A stretch of DNA of 64,000 bases from Cetorhinus maximus (taxonomy: Eukaryota), in NCBI RefSeq assembly GCF_964194155.1, contig NW_027596099.1, positions 3,534,001-3,598,000 on the forward strand, in the 5' to 3' direction. A program made the position numbers and the translations under genes. The notes beneath the pieces were generated by a model that worked only from the letters and a program-made list of their open reading frames with translations, was not told the DNA's origin and searched no databases. This document shows positions 1 to 13,119 of the stretch, piece after piece. Each line of letters begins with the position of its first letter. Position 1 is the stretch's first letter.

Positions 1-35
1 TCACATGTCGAAGGGCCGGGAGAATCACTCATCAA

Positions 36-187
36 GACAGTTAGACAGACAGACCGACAGACAGATAGACAGATACATAGATGCACAGATAGGCAGACAT
101 TCAAATGGATAGATTGATTTGACGAGAGAGTTGTACGCGAGAGAGAGCGTTCGACCAATGCAGCAAACAAGTGAAAGAGCAAGAGAG
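36..187. repeat. GACA/GATA/GA simple repeats next to an assembly gap
   Basis: Runs of agac/agat/ga are read directly. Confidence 0.7.
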
Positions 188-396
188 NNNNNNNNNNNNN
201 NNNNNNNNNNNNNNNNNNNNNNNNNNNNNNNNNNNNNNNNNNNNNNNNNNNNNNNNNNNNNNNNNNNNNNNNNNNNNNNNNNNNNNNNNNNNNNNNNNNN
301 NNNNNNNNNNNNNNNNNNNNNNNNNNNNNNNNNNNNNNNNNNNNNNNNNNNNNNNNNNNNNNNNNNNNNNNNNNNNNNNNNNNNNNNNNNNNNNNN
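188..396. other. Assembly gap (209 N)
   Basis: Run of N. Confidence 1.
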
Positions 397-690
397 TGCT
401 GTAAATCCAAAACAAAAACAAAAATACCTCGAAAAACTCGCCATGTCTGACAGCATCTGCAGAGAGAAACACGGTTAACGTTTCGAGTTCGTATGGCTCT
501 TCAACAGAACTAAGGAAAATAGAAAAGAAGTGAAATATAAGATGGTTTAAGGGAGGGGGGGTTGGACAGGCAGAGCTGGATAGAAGGCCAGTGATCACTG
601 TCATACGGACTCGAAACATTAACTGTGTTCCTCTCCACAGATACTCTCAGACCTGCTGAGTATTTCCAGGTATTTATGTTTTTGTTTTAG
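397..690. mobile_element. Penelope-like element terminal remnant with inverted arms (409-495 / 602-688)
   Basis: Arm 409-495 (aaaacaaaaacaaaaatacctcg...cgtttcgagttcgtatg) is the reverse complement of 602-688 at roughly 80% identity. It contains a hammerhead-like CTGnnGA..stem..GAAACGTT motif of the kind found in PLE pLTRs. Confidence 0.55.
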
Positions 691-1274
691 TCACATAGAT
701 AGATGGATGGATAGGTAGAAAGATTTGAACATGAAGGGCTGAAATACACGTGCTTCTTGCAACAAATATCCACTGTCGGATCATTGATAAAGGCAACTGT
801 GAAGTAGAAAGAGGGGATTGTGAATTAAAAGAAACATAGAAACACAATGAATTACACATGCGAGATGCGCGTATTGCACACGAATAAAACTGGGAATTTC
901 TCCTGACAAATGCCCCTTAACATGGGATCCGATATAACGTCCAGGAACTCGGTCGCTGCCATTCGCTTCGGGTAGCAAATAATACACTTTGAAGGATAAC
1001 ACGTTCCTCGCAACAGGAACAAAGGCATCACTAATGTACCGAGAAGTGAAAAAAAAAACTGGAAAAAATAAATCAAAACTGATTCACCAGACCGAGAGCC
1101 AAGGGCACATTTCCCCTCTACCTGGCCTAAAACCCTCAGATCTTTTCTGCATTAAATATGTAAACTGATAATCGACCTGGACAACACATTCAGTCACATA
1201 ACTGTGTCTAAATGCCTTTATCAAAAATGCTTCGTGACAAACGCAAAAATAAACTGAACAATCATTCCAATGAG

Positions 1275-2620
1275 GAAGAAAGATGGTAAGAGGGGCAAAA
1301 ATCATTCATGGCTAAACAAGGAATTTAAAGGTGACACAAAGTCCAAAACTAAGGCATACCAAATGGCAAAGGTCAGTGACAAGCTGGAAGATTGGGAACA
1401 TTTTAAAGATGAACAAAGGGTTCCTAAAATTCATAAAAGACCAAAGGAAAATTAGCACAAAATGTAAAAACAGATATCAAAAGCTTCTACAAGTGTATAA
1501 AAGGAAACAGAGTAGCTAAAGTGAATGCTGGTCCCTTGGAGGGTTGGACAGGGGAGTTTATTGTGTTCAACGCAGAAATTGCAATATATGGTTTGTCTCA
1601 AAATTTTGCCTGAATTTTCACGGTGGAGGAAACTAGTACAACCCCAATCGTAACATGTAGAGCAGAGTGTATAGAGAAGGAGGAACATAGTACAATTACC
1701 ATAACTAGGGAAAAAGTACTGAGCAAACTATTTCGCTTAAAAGGTGACAAGTCCCCAGGGCTTGTTGACCTACATCCCAGGGTCCTGAAGGATGTGGCAG
1801 CATAGATAGTGGATGCATTGATAGTTATATTCCAAAATTCCTTGAATTCTGGAACGGTTACAGTGGATTAGAACAATACTAATATGCCGTCCTTATTCAG
1901 AAAGGCTGGGGGAGGCAGAAAGCAGGAAACTATAGACCAGTTTAATATCTGTCGTTGAAAAATTGTTGGAATCCATTATTAGGTAATTACTAATGGGGTA
2001 TTTGGAACGTCGAAATAGAATCCAGCAGAGTCAGCATTGTTTTATGAAGTGTAAATGGTGTTCGGGTAATTTGCTCGAGTTTTTTGAAGATGTGACGAAC
2101 AAAGTAAATAATGGAGATACTGTGGATGTTGCATTTCTGGACTTCCAGAAGGCCTTTGATAAGGAGCCGCACAAACGATTAATACACAAGGTAAGATCAC
2201 ACGAAGCGATGGGTAATATATTAGTTTGGAAAGAGGAAAGGCTAACTAACAGAAAGCAAAGAGTCTGAATAATGAGTCTTTTTCTGGATGTCAAGCTGTA
2301 AATAATTTCTTTCGACAGGATTCGGTCATTGGGGTACAACTATTTACAATCTTTATGAATGACTTGCATTCAGGGATAGTAGGCACTATAGCTAAAATTT
2401 CAGCTGAAACCAAAATAAGTGGAAAAGTAAGTTGTAATTAAGACATAAGATATTTACAAATGGATATGGACAAGTTAGGTGATTGGAAGAAAATTTGCCA
2501 GATGGTGTTTAACAGGGATAATTGTGAAGTTACACATATTGTTCAGAAGAATAAAAAGGCGAAGTATTATTTAAATGGAGAGAAAGTTCAGAATGCTTCA
2601 GTGCAGAAGGATTTTGGTTA
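1275..2620 (+). mobile_element. CR1-clade LINE ORF2 (RT) remnant, broken
   Basis: Peptides ITREKVLSKL..KGDKSPG..LHPRVLK and QSQH.F.K..C..NLLEFFEDVT..V....VDVAFLDFQKAFDK.PH.RL (ORFs 1623..1805, 1993..2268); stops and frameshifts present. Confidence 0.9.
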
Positions 2621-2904
2621 ACTCGACTGACCTGTAAACTGTTGACCAGAATGTCCGGTACTTGATCCCCGTGCTTAAGGAAACTTTAAACGGGGTCAGG
2701 GAATTCACAACACCAATCTAATACAGGCCATGAAATGATACAGTTAATTCATAACCTGGCTACCGTGCCGAAAGGTCATGCGGGGACTATCAATAAATTG
2801 TTCCGGATAGGAAAACATATTTCATTATTTGTCCATTATTTTTGATTAAATCAGAAAGCCTTCAACGCATTGGCAAAAAGTTCCTGAAGGAGAATCTTGA
2901 AAAG

Positions 2905-3447
2905 TGAGTCAGTGGATATCGGATTCATCTACAACTACACAACATCACAGTAGCTGCAGACTAAAGATCTGGATCAGTAGGCACATGATTCAGATTCACA
3001 TCAGCAACATGCCAATGGCTGCAGACTGGGGATCTGGACCAATGCATACAGGATTCAAAAGTTTCTCCGCAACATCCCATGTACCACTGACTGCATTCCT
3101 GGACCCATGGATTCAGGATTGAAGTCCATCTCCAACCGTGGCAGGTGACTCCAGACTGGAAATCTGGATCAGTGGCTACTGTATTCATATTCAACTCGAC
3201 AACATCCCAGGTACCCCAGGATGGAGATCTGGATAAATAGAGACAAAATTCAAATCCTCCTCCAACGCATCCCTGTTCCTGCAGACTGGAGATCTGTATC
3301 AGTGTATACAGGGTTTAAATTCATCTCCAAAATATAATTGTTACTGTAGGCTAGAGATCTGGGTCAAGGGATACAGAATTTAAATTCATCTCCAAAATAT
3401 CCATCTTACTGTAGGCTGGAGATCTGAATCAGGGGATACTGGATTCT
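2905..3447. repeat. 65-bp minisatellite, ~8 degenerate copies
   Basis: The gatctggatcagt core recurs at 2966, 3031, 3161, 3226, 3291, 3356 and 3421 (period 65). Confidence 0.9.
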
Positions 3448-4399
3448 GCCAATCAACTTCAATCTGGAATTTCATTATCTTTAAAAGGATTCACCAATCG
3501 ATAATTCATCCTGTTTTCCCAACTAACTTCCACAAGGATAAAAGGGACTTGTTATCTCATGCACTTTGATTTTCTACTCCTCTAAGGTCCCAATGTCTCT
3601 ATTTCAATTAAAAATTTCGTAGCCAAAGAGAAGCATATATCCAAGAGAAAAATCTACCTTTATTCCCATCATCTACTCTTTACATTCATTAGAACGTACA
3701 TTGTCACGACGTAGATATATTACATGAACGACACCGGAGGTGAGTTCTTCCATTTCCCATTTGATGTTGTGCCTTTTTACCCTAATTCCAGATCTTACCC
3801 TCAATCATTTCCTTGGATCTCCATACAGTTGCAATAGTGAACACCTCATCTCGTTCATGAGACCTGGGGAAATATTGTCGGGCAAAGTGAGGGGAGCCTG
3901 TTGACATGACCGCTTAAGGTCATGAGGTCGAGCACGGGAACGTGGGAGGTGTAGCTCGAGGACATCTCACAAGTCGATTTCAATATCGCCTTCGAAACAG
4001 AAAGATCACGTTTCAGAACAACAAGAGATTGTGGAGGCAGGCATGGAGGGAAAGACCGAATCAGAGGCTGAACTGCTGAAAGTGATGGAGTTTGATGTTT
4101 TTCACACTACGAAGGGTTAGAAACTGGAGGGCTCGGTTAATGCTTACGTTTTTAATGTTCACCGGAAAAGACAGTATTGTCAGCACAATAACAGGAAGGC
4201 TGGATTTAACAGACCTCTCGATTTCATTACATAACTTCTTTTTGGCTTGTAATGGCCTGATAATAGCAAGTGATGTTCTTCAAACTGTGACCTGGGCGAC
4301 GGTTGCCACTTCTCACCTGCTATAACTTCCAGGCAGAGTCATGCATTGTTTATTTTGCACCCCGGAGTAATGCACTGGTGGCAGGATGGCCTTGAAACC

Positions 4400-6050
4400 C
4401 GACAGAGAAGGTTTGACTGAATTTGTGATTTCAAGTCACTGCTCTATTTGCAAGGAGTGATGATAGAATGCGCTGAAAAGGAAAATGTCTTGATAATAGC
4501 TTGCAAATTGGAATCAGACGCTTGACTCCAGGCAAGCATGTTTTGCTCTGTTTGTTCTTTCTTCAAATATAATTTTTTTTTCACAGAAGTAAATTCTTAC
4601 CTTCTGTCCGATTTTTAAAGTTGCCCCATGTTGAATTTAGTGTTCAATTCATTCCTTCCATGAAACAAACTTATTTTTTTCCCAAGGAGCCGCCTGAACT
4701 GTTTCCGCTTAGCGTTCTTCTTTTGAAAATTGGAATTTCTTTATCCACTTAAAGGTCAGGTACATTTCCCTATGAAAGCGGGAAATATAAGATCATGTCG
4801 AGTTTCTTTTATGAATTCCGATTTCAGAAACAATTGTGCTCAGGCTTGGTGGTTTTCAAAGCTGATTTTGAGAAATCCGATATTCCTTGGTCGGTGTGTT
4901 CGCTCAGACCTCCCGTTCTCCAGCTCTCTGTCTCGAAAGATAACTAATAGTAACAAGCAGCCTGAACTGGTAAGGCCAGTCCTCTGGAGCACAATGACCT
5001 TATGCTCTGTCTTTAATTCACAAAACACTTGGATTCAAACGACGCTTTAAAGAATCATCATCTTTGCTAAAAACGCAAACAATCCATCGTGCCTATGGCC
5101 CACAGTTCAATGGGTTGATATGTTCACGCACGTCTGTAAATTTGGAAGCTTGAAATCTAACAAGGGGCACTATAATTCTGGTAAGACGAAGGTTATATGA
5201 TGAACTAAAACTGAAGCAGATATGAGCACAACATGGTTAACTCCACTGCCCGTTTGGTGATGGGGCAAAGAAAACTTTGCGCACAGTTGTTTCACTTCAC
5301 CGAATTTAGAAAAAAACACTTCCCCAATCAAATGTCAAACTCTATGTGAGACTTGTTTTATTAAAGTGTCCCATTAGGTTTTCTTCAGTTTTGCCCTCAT
5401 TATATCTCTAATTTCAATTGTTTTTAAACCTTTCAGCTTTTTCTAAAGCATTTCTCACCTGATATCTCTCGTGTTTACCCCTTTTCTCCTTTAAGACAGA
5501 ATTAATGTATCGCTGTTCGCAGCTTTTACCGTATTTGATAGAAAGAGTCTGTGATTTGAATTTTCATTGTTCTTTTTAACACAAATGTTTTGAAAGTTCA
5601 AACTGGAATTTTGCCAAACTTATTCCAGGCTTCAAGATATCTTTTTTATATTTTGAGGCCGAACTGACCCATTCCATCTTGTACAGATATATTTAAAAAT
5701 GTTCTTTCTACACAGAAACTTGAAGCATTTTAAATTAATGGCAAGTGTTTACAAACGTCTATAAAACTGATTTTTTTCCTCCTTTGACAATTTTGTCAGG
5801 AACCAACCCTGACATCTTTAAACCTTTAAAGAGGTTTCTGACCCAAGATAAATCCAACTGAGGATCAGCTCAGTCAACATTCCAATTCACACTGTGGAAC
5901 ATGAAAACACCCCCCCATTCCCACGTGGGTGAATTTTTATCTCGGTTAAAAGTCTCACATGCTCATGAACAAAACATCAGGTTGCGAATTTTGCCCAGAA
6001 TTCTTAGTTCAAAACTTATAAATTGAAAAAACGCCTTTACATTGTGCTTT
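4400..6050 (-). pseudogene. Possible decayed coding sequence, perhaps a 3' continuation of the coiled-coil pseudogene
   Basis: A-rich minus strand translates to K/E-rich stretches broken by stops (e.g. SVLKEKRGKHERYQVRNALEKAERFKN near 5430-5510). No family recognised. Confidence 0.25.
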
Positions 6051-6142
6051 CCTTTAAAATGACTGATTAAACGATTCCGCTTTCAAAATGCTGAGGCTCC
6101 TATGCAAAATTGAATTTAAGGAAAGAGAAAACATTAAAACTT

Positions 6143-6143
<1 letters not shown>

Positions 6144-6188
<45 letters not shown>

Positions 6189-6250
6189 AACACACACACA
6201 TACTAACACAGAAACAAACATACACATGCACAAAAACACACACACACAGA
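6144..6250. repeat. (CA)n microsatellite; paralog at ~58402-58500
   Basis: Direct reading. Confidence 0.9.
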
Positions 6251-7499
6251 CAAACGAAGATACACCTACTATGTACACAGATTCTTTATTACTCATTTTA
6301 TTATCTCCATTCATGCCACACCTGAGGTAAGAACCGAGAAGCTAAGAATACTGCTTTTGTTTCTTCTTCCTTCTCACAAACTCATCTAAAATAGCAACGA
6401 CAATAACAATGCAATTATGCACAGCACAGTGGCAGCAGGCCAGGCTGCTTTTGCTGTAAGTTAGTGAGAAAATACAAGGCGTAATGAAAACAAATTCTAC
6501 TCGAAAACAGCTCGGGCTTATCAGCAATAGGGACGTCATCTCTAGGAAAGCACATCTAGGAGAACATTGGCAGGTGCTTTGGCCAACTATGAAATACTAT
6601 AAGTACAGTGGGATACGCCTGTCATGAATAAAGTTCACTTTATAACTCATATTAATAGTATTGACTGGTTATTCCCCGCAGACATATGCATCAAGCGCCT
6701 ATTGAACCAGCTATTGGAAGGTTTAATGGGGAAAGCGCAGATATCTATGTACGCAAGTGCTGTAATAGCCTTTGCAATGCTCGATGGGGGCATTGCAGTC
6801 TCTTTGTTGTACCGGTGCTGACATGGGTATGATGGGGAAAGTGAATAGGCTGATTGGTTCTATATCTTATTCCTTGTTGTACCTTCCCTTGGAGTGTTTG
6901 ATGACTGTAGAGATAAATTTTTCTGCATCAAACCACGTAAAGTAGTAGTTCTTGTATTATGTGTTTAGGAGGGTGAAGAGGGGGCCTTAATCTATATATA
7001 CAAATTGGCTGTACCTGCACTGACAGTGTTTGATTGGACAGTGTAGCCTCCTGCCCTGCCCTGGGAATTGTTGAAAATGTTCCTTTGAACTCCCGCTGAG
7101 AGGTCTCCCGAAATGGAATGTTTAAACATGAACTATTAATTGTTAACCCATAAAGATTTACATATCCGAGGTTCTGCATGCATGGTTTTGTTGCAGCCAC
7201 TTTACTATTTGCTTCATACTTTCATGTAACCATATGCATCATACCATTCGCGGCACTATTCCGCAAACCCAGATTAACCCTTACTCTGCCGAAAACTTTG
7301 ACCTTACAATCGCCATGCTGCTCCCGATACAGTATCCCCGTCCTTTAAAACCGACCATCCTCCCTTCCCTCTGAGTATAATTATTTGGAATAAATTTTTG
7401 TTTGCTACCTTTCTCCGACACCAACACCGCCGCCCCGCAACAAACCCCACCTCACACCCACTCCATCTCTCCCCACCCCCCACCCTCCAGCCAACGCTA

Positions 7500-10400
7500 T
7501 TACATCATAAATTCAGGTGGTCTTGATATTTGACAATTCTTTCACATGCCTGTCTGTGCCGTGTGGATGAATTGTTTAAACAGCTTTTGGGCCTGACGTT
7601 TTCAGTTTAAGCTTGAGATTGTGATGCTCCCTATTTCTCGCACTTTTTTCTCTCCACTTGATTCGCTTTTTGCGCTCCTTTAAGTTGCCTTTTTGATTAT
7701 CGACATCTCATTTGATCTGCTCGGGCACCGTGTGTTTGTACGATTCCTTCTGAGGGGACTATGCACTCCGAGCAATTCTGGAGCGGACTCGGATTTTCGA
7801 TTTCCGCTGGGCCCTCCATGATCCAGCTGGATGTTGATGTTTGACAAACGGAACGTTAATTTTCATTTGTTTTGCAACTTCAGCCAAAGTTGTGATTGCT
7901 CTTTTATTTTCAAATCTTTTTGCACACTTCTGAACCTTTTCCTTTAGCTCAGCAACTGCTCTGGACCGTTGAGCTGCTTTTCCTTCCGAGTTATCTGTGA
8001 AATATTTATACAGGGTTACATTGACCTGTGCAGTCAGTTCCTTTCAGGTTTTTTACATGCCCACCGACGGCTCCATTGAGTCGTCCAGTTCAGTCGTTAA
8101 ATCCTGAAACTGCTTGTTCGAATTTCTCGCTTCAAATTCTGGCTACCCTCTCCCATATGATGCATGTTATTGTCCATCTCCTTCACATTGGATGGCGGTT
8201 GGAAAATTGTTCGGGTACTTTCGTGGTGAAGATCCAACACCTCAGCAAACTCAACATCTGTACGTAAAGCTTAGTACTCGAAAGATCAATTGTCGCTAAG
8301 CAGTGTCACTTTCATGAGGGCCACATTCTTTAAGATTACTTGGCCTATTTGTAGATGGGAATCATTGCGCTATTCTGTGAGAACTTTGACTTCTCCTTGC
8401 AACTGCTCACCTTTTCGTTGATGTACCCGGTTCTTGATTTCCATTGGAGGCAAGTCATTTTTCAACAACTAAATGCCTCTCAGTCCTTTTGAGTAATTTC
8501 GTGATTTCTCCTTCTTGTATCTTAAGTTTTAGTATAAGATTCACAAATTCCAATCTTTGTTCAGTCTTTCTTCTTCCTTATTCTTCCACAGGGTGTGTGT
8601 ATAGCTGGACAACTGGCATTTATTTGCCCGTACAGAATTGCTGTTGAACTGAACTCACTAGGTGATTGCTGAGAGCAGTTTAGAGTCGGCTGCATTGCTG
8701 TGTTTCTGGAGTCACTTGTCGGTCAAAACAATTCGGCGTGGCAGGTTTCCATCTTTAACTTACATTCGTGAATTAATGGGATTTTATGATAATCGATGAT
8801 AGTTTCATGGTGCCCATCACTGGGGCTAGCTTTAAATTGCAGCTTTAAGAGCTGAATTCTAATTCCTCCAGCCGCCGTGGTGGAGGTGGGCCCCATGTCC
8901 CCAGAGCTGTAGGCTGTGTCTCTAGGTTGCCAGTGCAGCGAAGTTGCCAGTTTGCCACTGTCCCCCTCCCTCCTCTGCCTGCAGCAGAGCTTTGTCCTTG
9001 TCCTCCATGTGGGTTTCACTGTTGGCCAGGCGTTTCTCCGTTGAAAGCTTAAATTATTTCAGTTCTCCAAATGTGCTGCTCATAACTTCATTACCTGCTC
9101 GCAGCTTTGGAAAGAGCTTTAACGTTTCCTTTCAATGTCAGCTGTTTCTTCAGCTCTTCTGTCTTTTTTTCTGGCAGATTAGACTTATTCCAATAACATT
9201 GAAAATTGTGGTGTCTTCCCTGTAAACTGGGTTTTCATTTTGTTCAGAGTCACATGAAATTCATTCTGCTTCTCTTCATCATTTTGCATAAGAACATGAT
9301 TTGGCCTTAGGTGCATTTGTAATGTGTCATGATGCTTCTCCAGGTTTCCCTTCGCGCTGTCAAGCTTGAATTGCATCATCTTTACTTTCCTTTTATTCAG
9401 CAGGGGCTCCTCGATTTTCATCTGCTCTTCTTCGCTTCAGCTATTCAGGAGAGATTTTATTGCATTCATGCTGCTGAAGAGTAATGTACTCATTAATGCT
9501 ATTAAAACACGCCAGATAATCAGCTGTTTTCCGATTATTTATTTTCTTGGCCAAGTAACGCCAACTCACCCTGAGTTTCAGTACGTTCCTTTGATGCTGC
9601 TGATAGTTCCAATGCAGATTTTTTTTCTCAAATAATATTCAAAATCTTATTTTCTGATGATTTTTGGAGGAATATAGGTTCATCCTGCAGACAGCCTTTC
9701 AATTTCGCAGCATCTTTGAGTATGTTTACTCCCTACTGTTTTGCCTAGCTGTATATATGGATGAGACTTTCTAACTCATGGTTTTATTTGCCAACTGTGG
9801 AACTGAGGGTGCTTATTCCCCCCTGCTCCCTTTGCTTTACCTCAAACTTCTGTTTGTTCAGGCCTCAAAAAGTCTGGCTCATTAAAGCCTGCATTGTGTG
9901 GTGCTTTTTTAAATCTACATGCCCAGCCTGAATCCGACACTTCCAATCATTCAGATCAGCTTTGAGACAAGCAATGTCTTATATTTTTGCAGCTCTTTCT
10001 CCTCCACAGTGCCACATCGATATTTTTATTGATTCCCCTGTGGCTCACTACCAGCTGATTCTACAATCCCGGAAGCAACTTTGTGTCTTTGAAAGGGAAA
10101 TAAATTAGGATTCATGCCTCAGGCTCCCCATAAAGACAGATTCCTGGGAGTTTCAGGAAGTTTTCGACTATTCTGGTGCCTCATATACCGTGTTCAAGGC
10201 CGTCATTCCGCCGTTTGTTAATCTGCTAAGGGTGTTTACAGCATCTTGTAAAGCTCTACAGAGTACTCAACTTGATGTTTCAAAAATTTGTGAACGGCAT
10301 TTAATGTTTCATTTCAAGGAGGTGGAGAACTTATCAATGAACTACATTGGGATTACTCGGCGTCGAAGTTCAGCAAATGAGCGTAAAGGTGGTGCTGGCC

Positions 10401-11450
10401 TGGACGTCTCCAGATATTGTTCTTAGACCTGATTCATCCAATAATTTAAATAAACAAAAATATCCCTTCAGCCCTTGCAGAAGCAAAAATGGGGCTCTGA
10501 TGCAATTTCCTATCCATGGCCATTTCTTTTTCATTTCCTGATTTAATTATTTTAAATGCCGTTGAGCATTTAAGGCTCTCTGTGCCACATCCATTTTTTG
10601 TCCACTTCAGGATGGCTCTGTAGCTGTTAGTTCCCCTGCTATGAATTTCCACACTTTTTAGTATTCGGCGGTATTGCTCTGTGACCATTGCATTTCTGTT
10701 CAAAAGGTTAGGCCTGTTAACTCCACATTCATTTTTTTTTAACAGCCAGAACCCGAGTTCAAATGAAAGGACCGTTTTTTTTTCATTAAGTGCTTCAGGT
10801 TTCACTCTAATCTGCGTGCCGTTTAAAATAACTGCATTAATTGTATAAATAAAACTTACATTCACTTCAGCTGCGCCACCTGGTTGAACGCTGCCAGCTG
10901 TTGTTACAGCTTTATCCAGCTGCCCACTTGATGTGGTAAGCCCTGAGTCTGCTGCCTACTTTAAAACATACCTACGGCTTCATTTTGTATCTTGCTCAGC
11001 CTTTAGTGATTTGGCCAGGTCTATGGAATCTGCCTCACACATGTGCTTATCCTCATCAGAGTGGATTTCCCCTAAAATTGATACATTTGTCATCCTTTTT
11101 TCATTTCTTCACTTTGTATGTGAATTTGCTCTGTCTTTTTGTCATCAGTGCATGTTCCTGGATTCTGCACTTTTGAGCAGCCTGGCAATGGACTTCCACA
11201 TGCCCAACTGCAGTCCTTCGCCCCCCACGTCTCAAAGGAAGCTACATAACTTAGCAAACTTCTTCTGTGTCTTATGTTTTCATTTCGTAAAACTATCTCT
11301 AACTCCACCAGCAATGTTGACAAGATATCTCCGGTCACACCATGGCAATCCGTGGATTTATTTCAGCTACTTTGAGATTCTGAGATCATTCATTTAGCTG
11401 CCGCGATGATGTAAAGTCTTATTAGGCGACTCCCGGAGGCGCCGTCGAGA
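7500..11450 (-). pseudogene. Decayed intronless long coiled-coil protein pseudogene, copy A (parent unidentified)
   Basis: Minus strand gives heptad-like K/E/Q/L-rich peptides over ~4 kb (LLKNDL..MEIKNR..Q..GEQLQGEVKVL.E*; LELSAASKERTETQGELALLGQEN; KMMQFKLDSAKGNLEK) with many stops and frameshifts; interrupted by a SINE. Confidence 0.5.
8650..8972 (-). mobile_element. tRNA-derived SINE (SacSINE1/DeuSINE-like), inserted in the pseudogene; also at ~35640-35952, deleted in unit C
   Basis: Matches my recollection of the shark SINE pattern ctggagtcac...gtttcatggt..ccatcact..gctagcttt.aattgcag..ccagc.gccgtggtgg...cccatgtccccagagc, with a tRNA-like head at the right end. Confidence 0.7.
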
Positions 11451-11689
11451 CTTGTATGATTAAACATGAACTGTTTATTGCTAATAACTACTTTCATACC
11501 CATGTGTGCTGCAGTAATAATGACTCCGTCCAGACTCCACCCCAAAGTAATCTGACTCCATTCATCATACCAGCTTTACTAGGAGGTAGTATTCCCCAGT
11601 AACACACCATCTCTTTCACTGCCAAACAACACTGCATTAAAATGCATTTCAACTCCCGCTGAGATGTAGCGACAGCTGGACCTTTTGTC

Positions 11690-12030
11690 AGGGACGCAGC
11701 CCTCTCCTGGAAGTGTTTGATGGGGACATTGTTGAGGGAGTTTTACTCGGCATCAAACCCGGTGCTTCAACTGTCCTGGTGGTGAGTATTTGGGACAGTA
11801 TAGAGAGAGATTTAGGGTGCATTTAGCCTGTGCCGTTAGTGTCCTGGGATTGATTGATGGGGGCAGTGTGGCGGGTGCTTTGCTCTGTGACTCTCCCAAT
11901 GCTTATATCTCCTGGGAGTGTTCATCGGATAAATTTTAGAGGGAGATTTACTGTGTATGTAACCCCGTGCTGGGACTGTCCTGCATGTGGTTACTGGAGA
12001 GAAACAATTGCTCTGTATAAAATACATTGT
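11690..12030. repeat. Degenerate ~67-bp minisatellite (cctgggagtgtttgatggggacagtgtagagggagctttactctgt...); paralogs ~38660-39000 and ~63390-63725
   Basis: Recurring cctgg.agtgtttgatgggg / gagggag.tttact motifs. Confidence 0.6.
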
Positions 12031-12104
12031 TGGTGCTTCTCTGAGAGTGTCGGCGGGGGCATTATGTTTAATTTTTCTATCACGTACATGCAAATTGCTA
12101 GCTA

Positions 12105-12805
12105 GAGAAACATTTTTATTGCCCAACAGGGGCTCCTTTCTTGAACGGCCGCAGTCCATGGGGTGTAAGTATACTCTCCGTGCTGTTGGGATTTCATGAC
12201 TTTAACCCAGGGACAGTGCAGAGGCGACGATGTATTTCCAGGTCTGGAAGGTGAGTGGCTTGGGTGTGAAGTTCCTGGCGGTGCTGTTCTCATGTACCCG
12301 CTGTTATTGTGCTTATGCATATTCGAGGCCGAGGGGTTGGAAGGGCCCTTCCTGAGTTGATCACGTGCTCATCGTTGATGAAAAAACTGCTGACATTGTG
12401 CTTCTGTGGATGAGGGAGTGAATTATAAAGGTGGTGGATGTGGTACCAATCAAGAGGGATTCTTTGTCCTGGACGGCGTACAGCTTCTTGGGTGTTGTTG
12501 GAGCTGCAGTCATGCAGGCAAGTAGAGGTTATTCCAAGACAATCCTGATTTGCGCTTTGTAAATTGTGGACCAGCTTTGTGGTGTGACGGGCTGAGCTAG
12601 CCTCTGCAGAATTCGAACCTCTGTACTGGCCTTAATTCCATAGTATTTATTTGGCTAGTTCAGTTCAAATCTGGTCAATGATAACCTCCAGGATGTTGAT
12701 AGTTGGGGATTCAGTGACAATACCGTCGTGGTATTCAGACTGGAGATAATAACGTTCTATCCACTTGGAGATGGTCATTGACTGGCAATTATGTAGAGCG
12801 AATGT
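12105..12805 (-). mobile_element. 5'-truncated non-LTR retrotransposon 3' fragment (RT C-terminus and 3' tail); paralogs ~39080-39778 and 63805->64000
   Basis: Minus strand reads PTINILEVIIDQ and further AAPTT.KKL..VQDK..LIG, the typical post-RT region of CR1/L2-group LINEs. Confidence 0.75.
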
Positions 12806-13119
12806 TCAGAGGCAAATTGCAAGGTGTGAAATCGAAGGGTATGAGTAAGTTGCGTGGCCGATGAGCATTGAAGTTTAGGGACTTAACCCAAAACAACTTG
12901 CAGCCTCAAAGCGGTAAAACTATTATGTACTAACAATGAGTAACGAGTGAATAACCTCTGAGCCAAATATTTTATTATCAAGTAAGGAGTGTTAAGTATC
13001 ATCCGTATTTAGCTGTATCAGTAAGTTTTATTCAGAGCGGAAAGATCTATTAGTATTAGTAAGTTTTATTCGTGTTGGGTAGGTTTATTTGCGTCAGTGA
13101 GCTTAATGAAGACACGGGA

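Noticed and set aside
25-619. ORFs spanning the N gap
   Set aside because: Open only because N codons contain no stops.
2905-3447. CRISPR-like regular repeats (also 18149-18479)
   Set aside because: Whole units repeat with no unique spacers, there are no cas genes, and the context is eukaryotic: minisatellites.
8870-8972. tRNA gene
   Set aside because: Degenerate tRNA-derived SINE head continuous with the SINE body; no intact cloverleaf.
9185-9720. Naming the pseudogene CCDC158, ANKRD26 or CAGE1
   Set aside because: Only short generic coiled-coil resemblances, and the CCDC158-like segments are in the wrong order.
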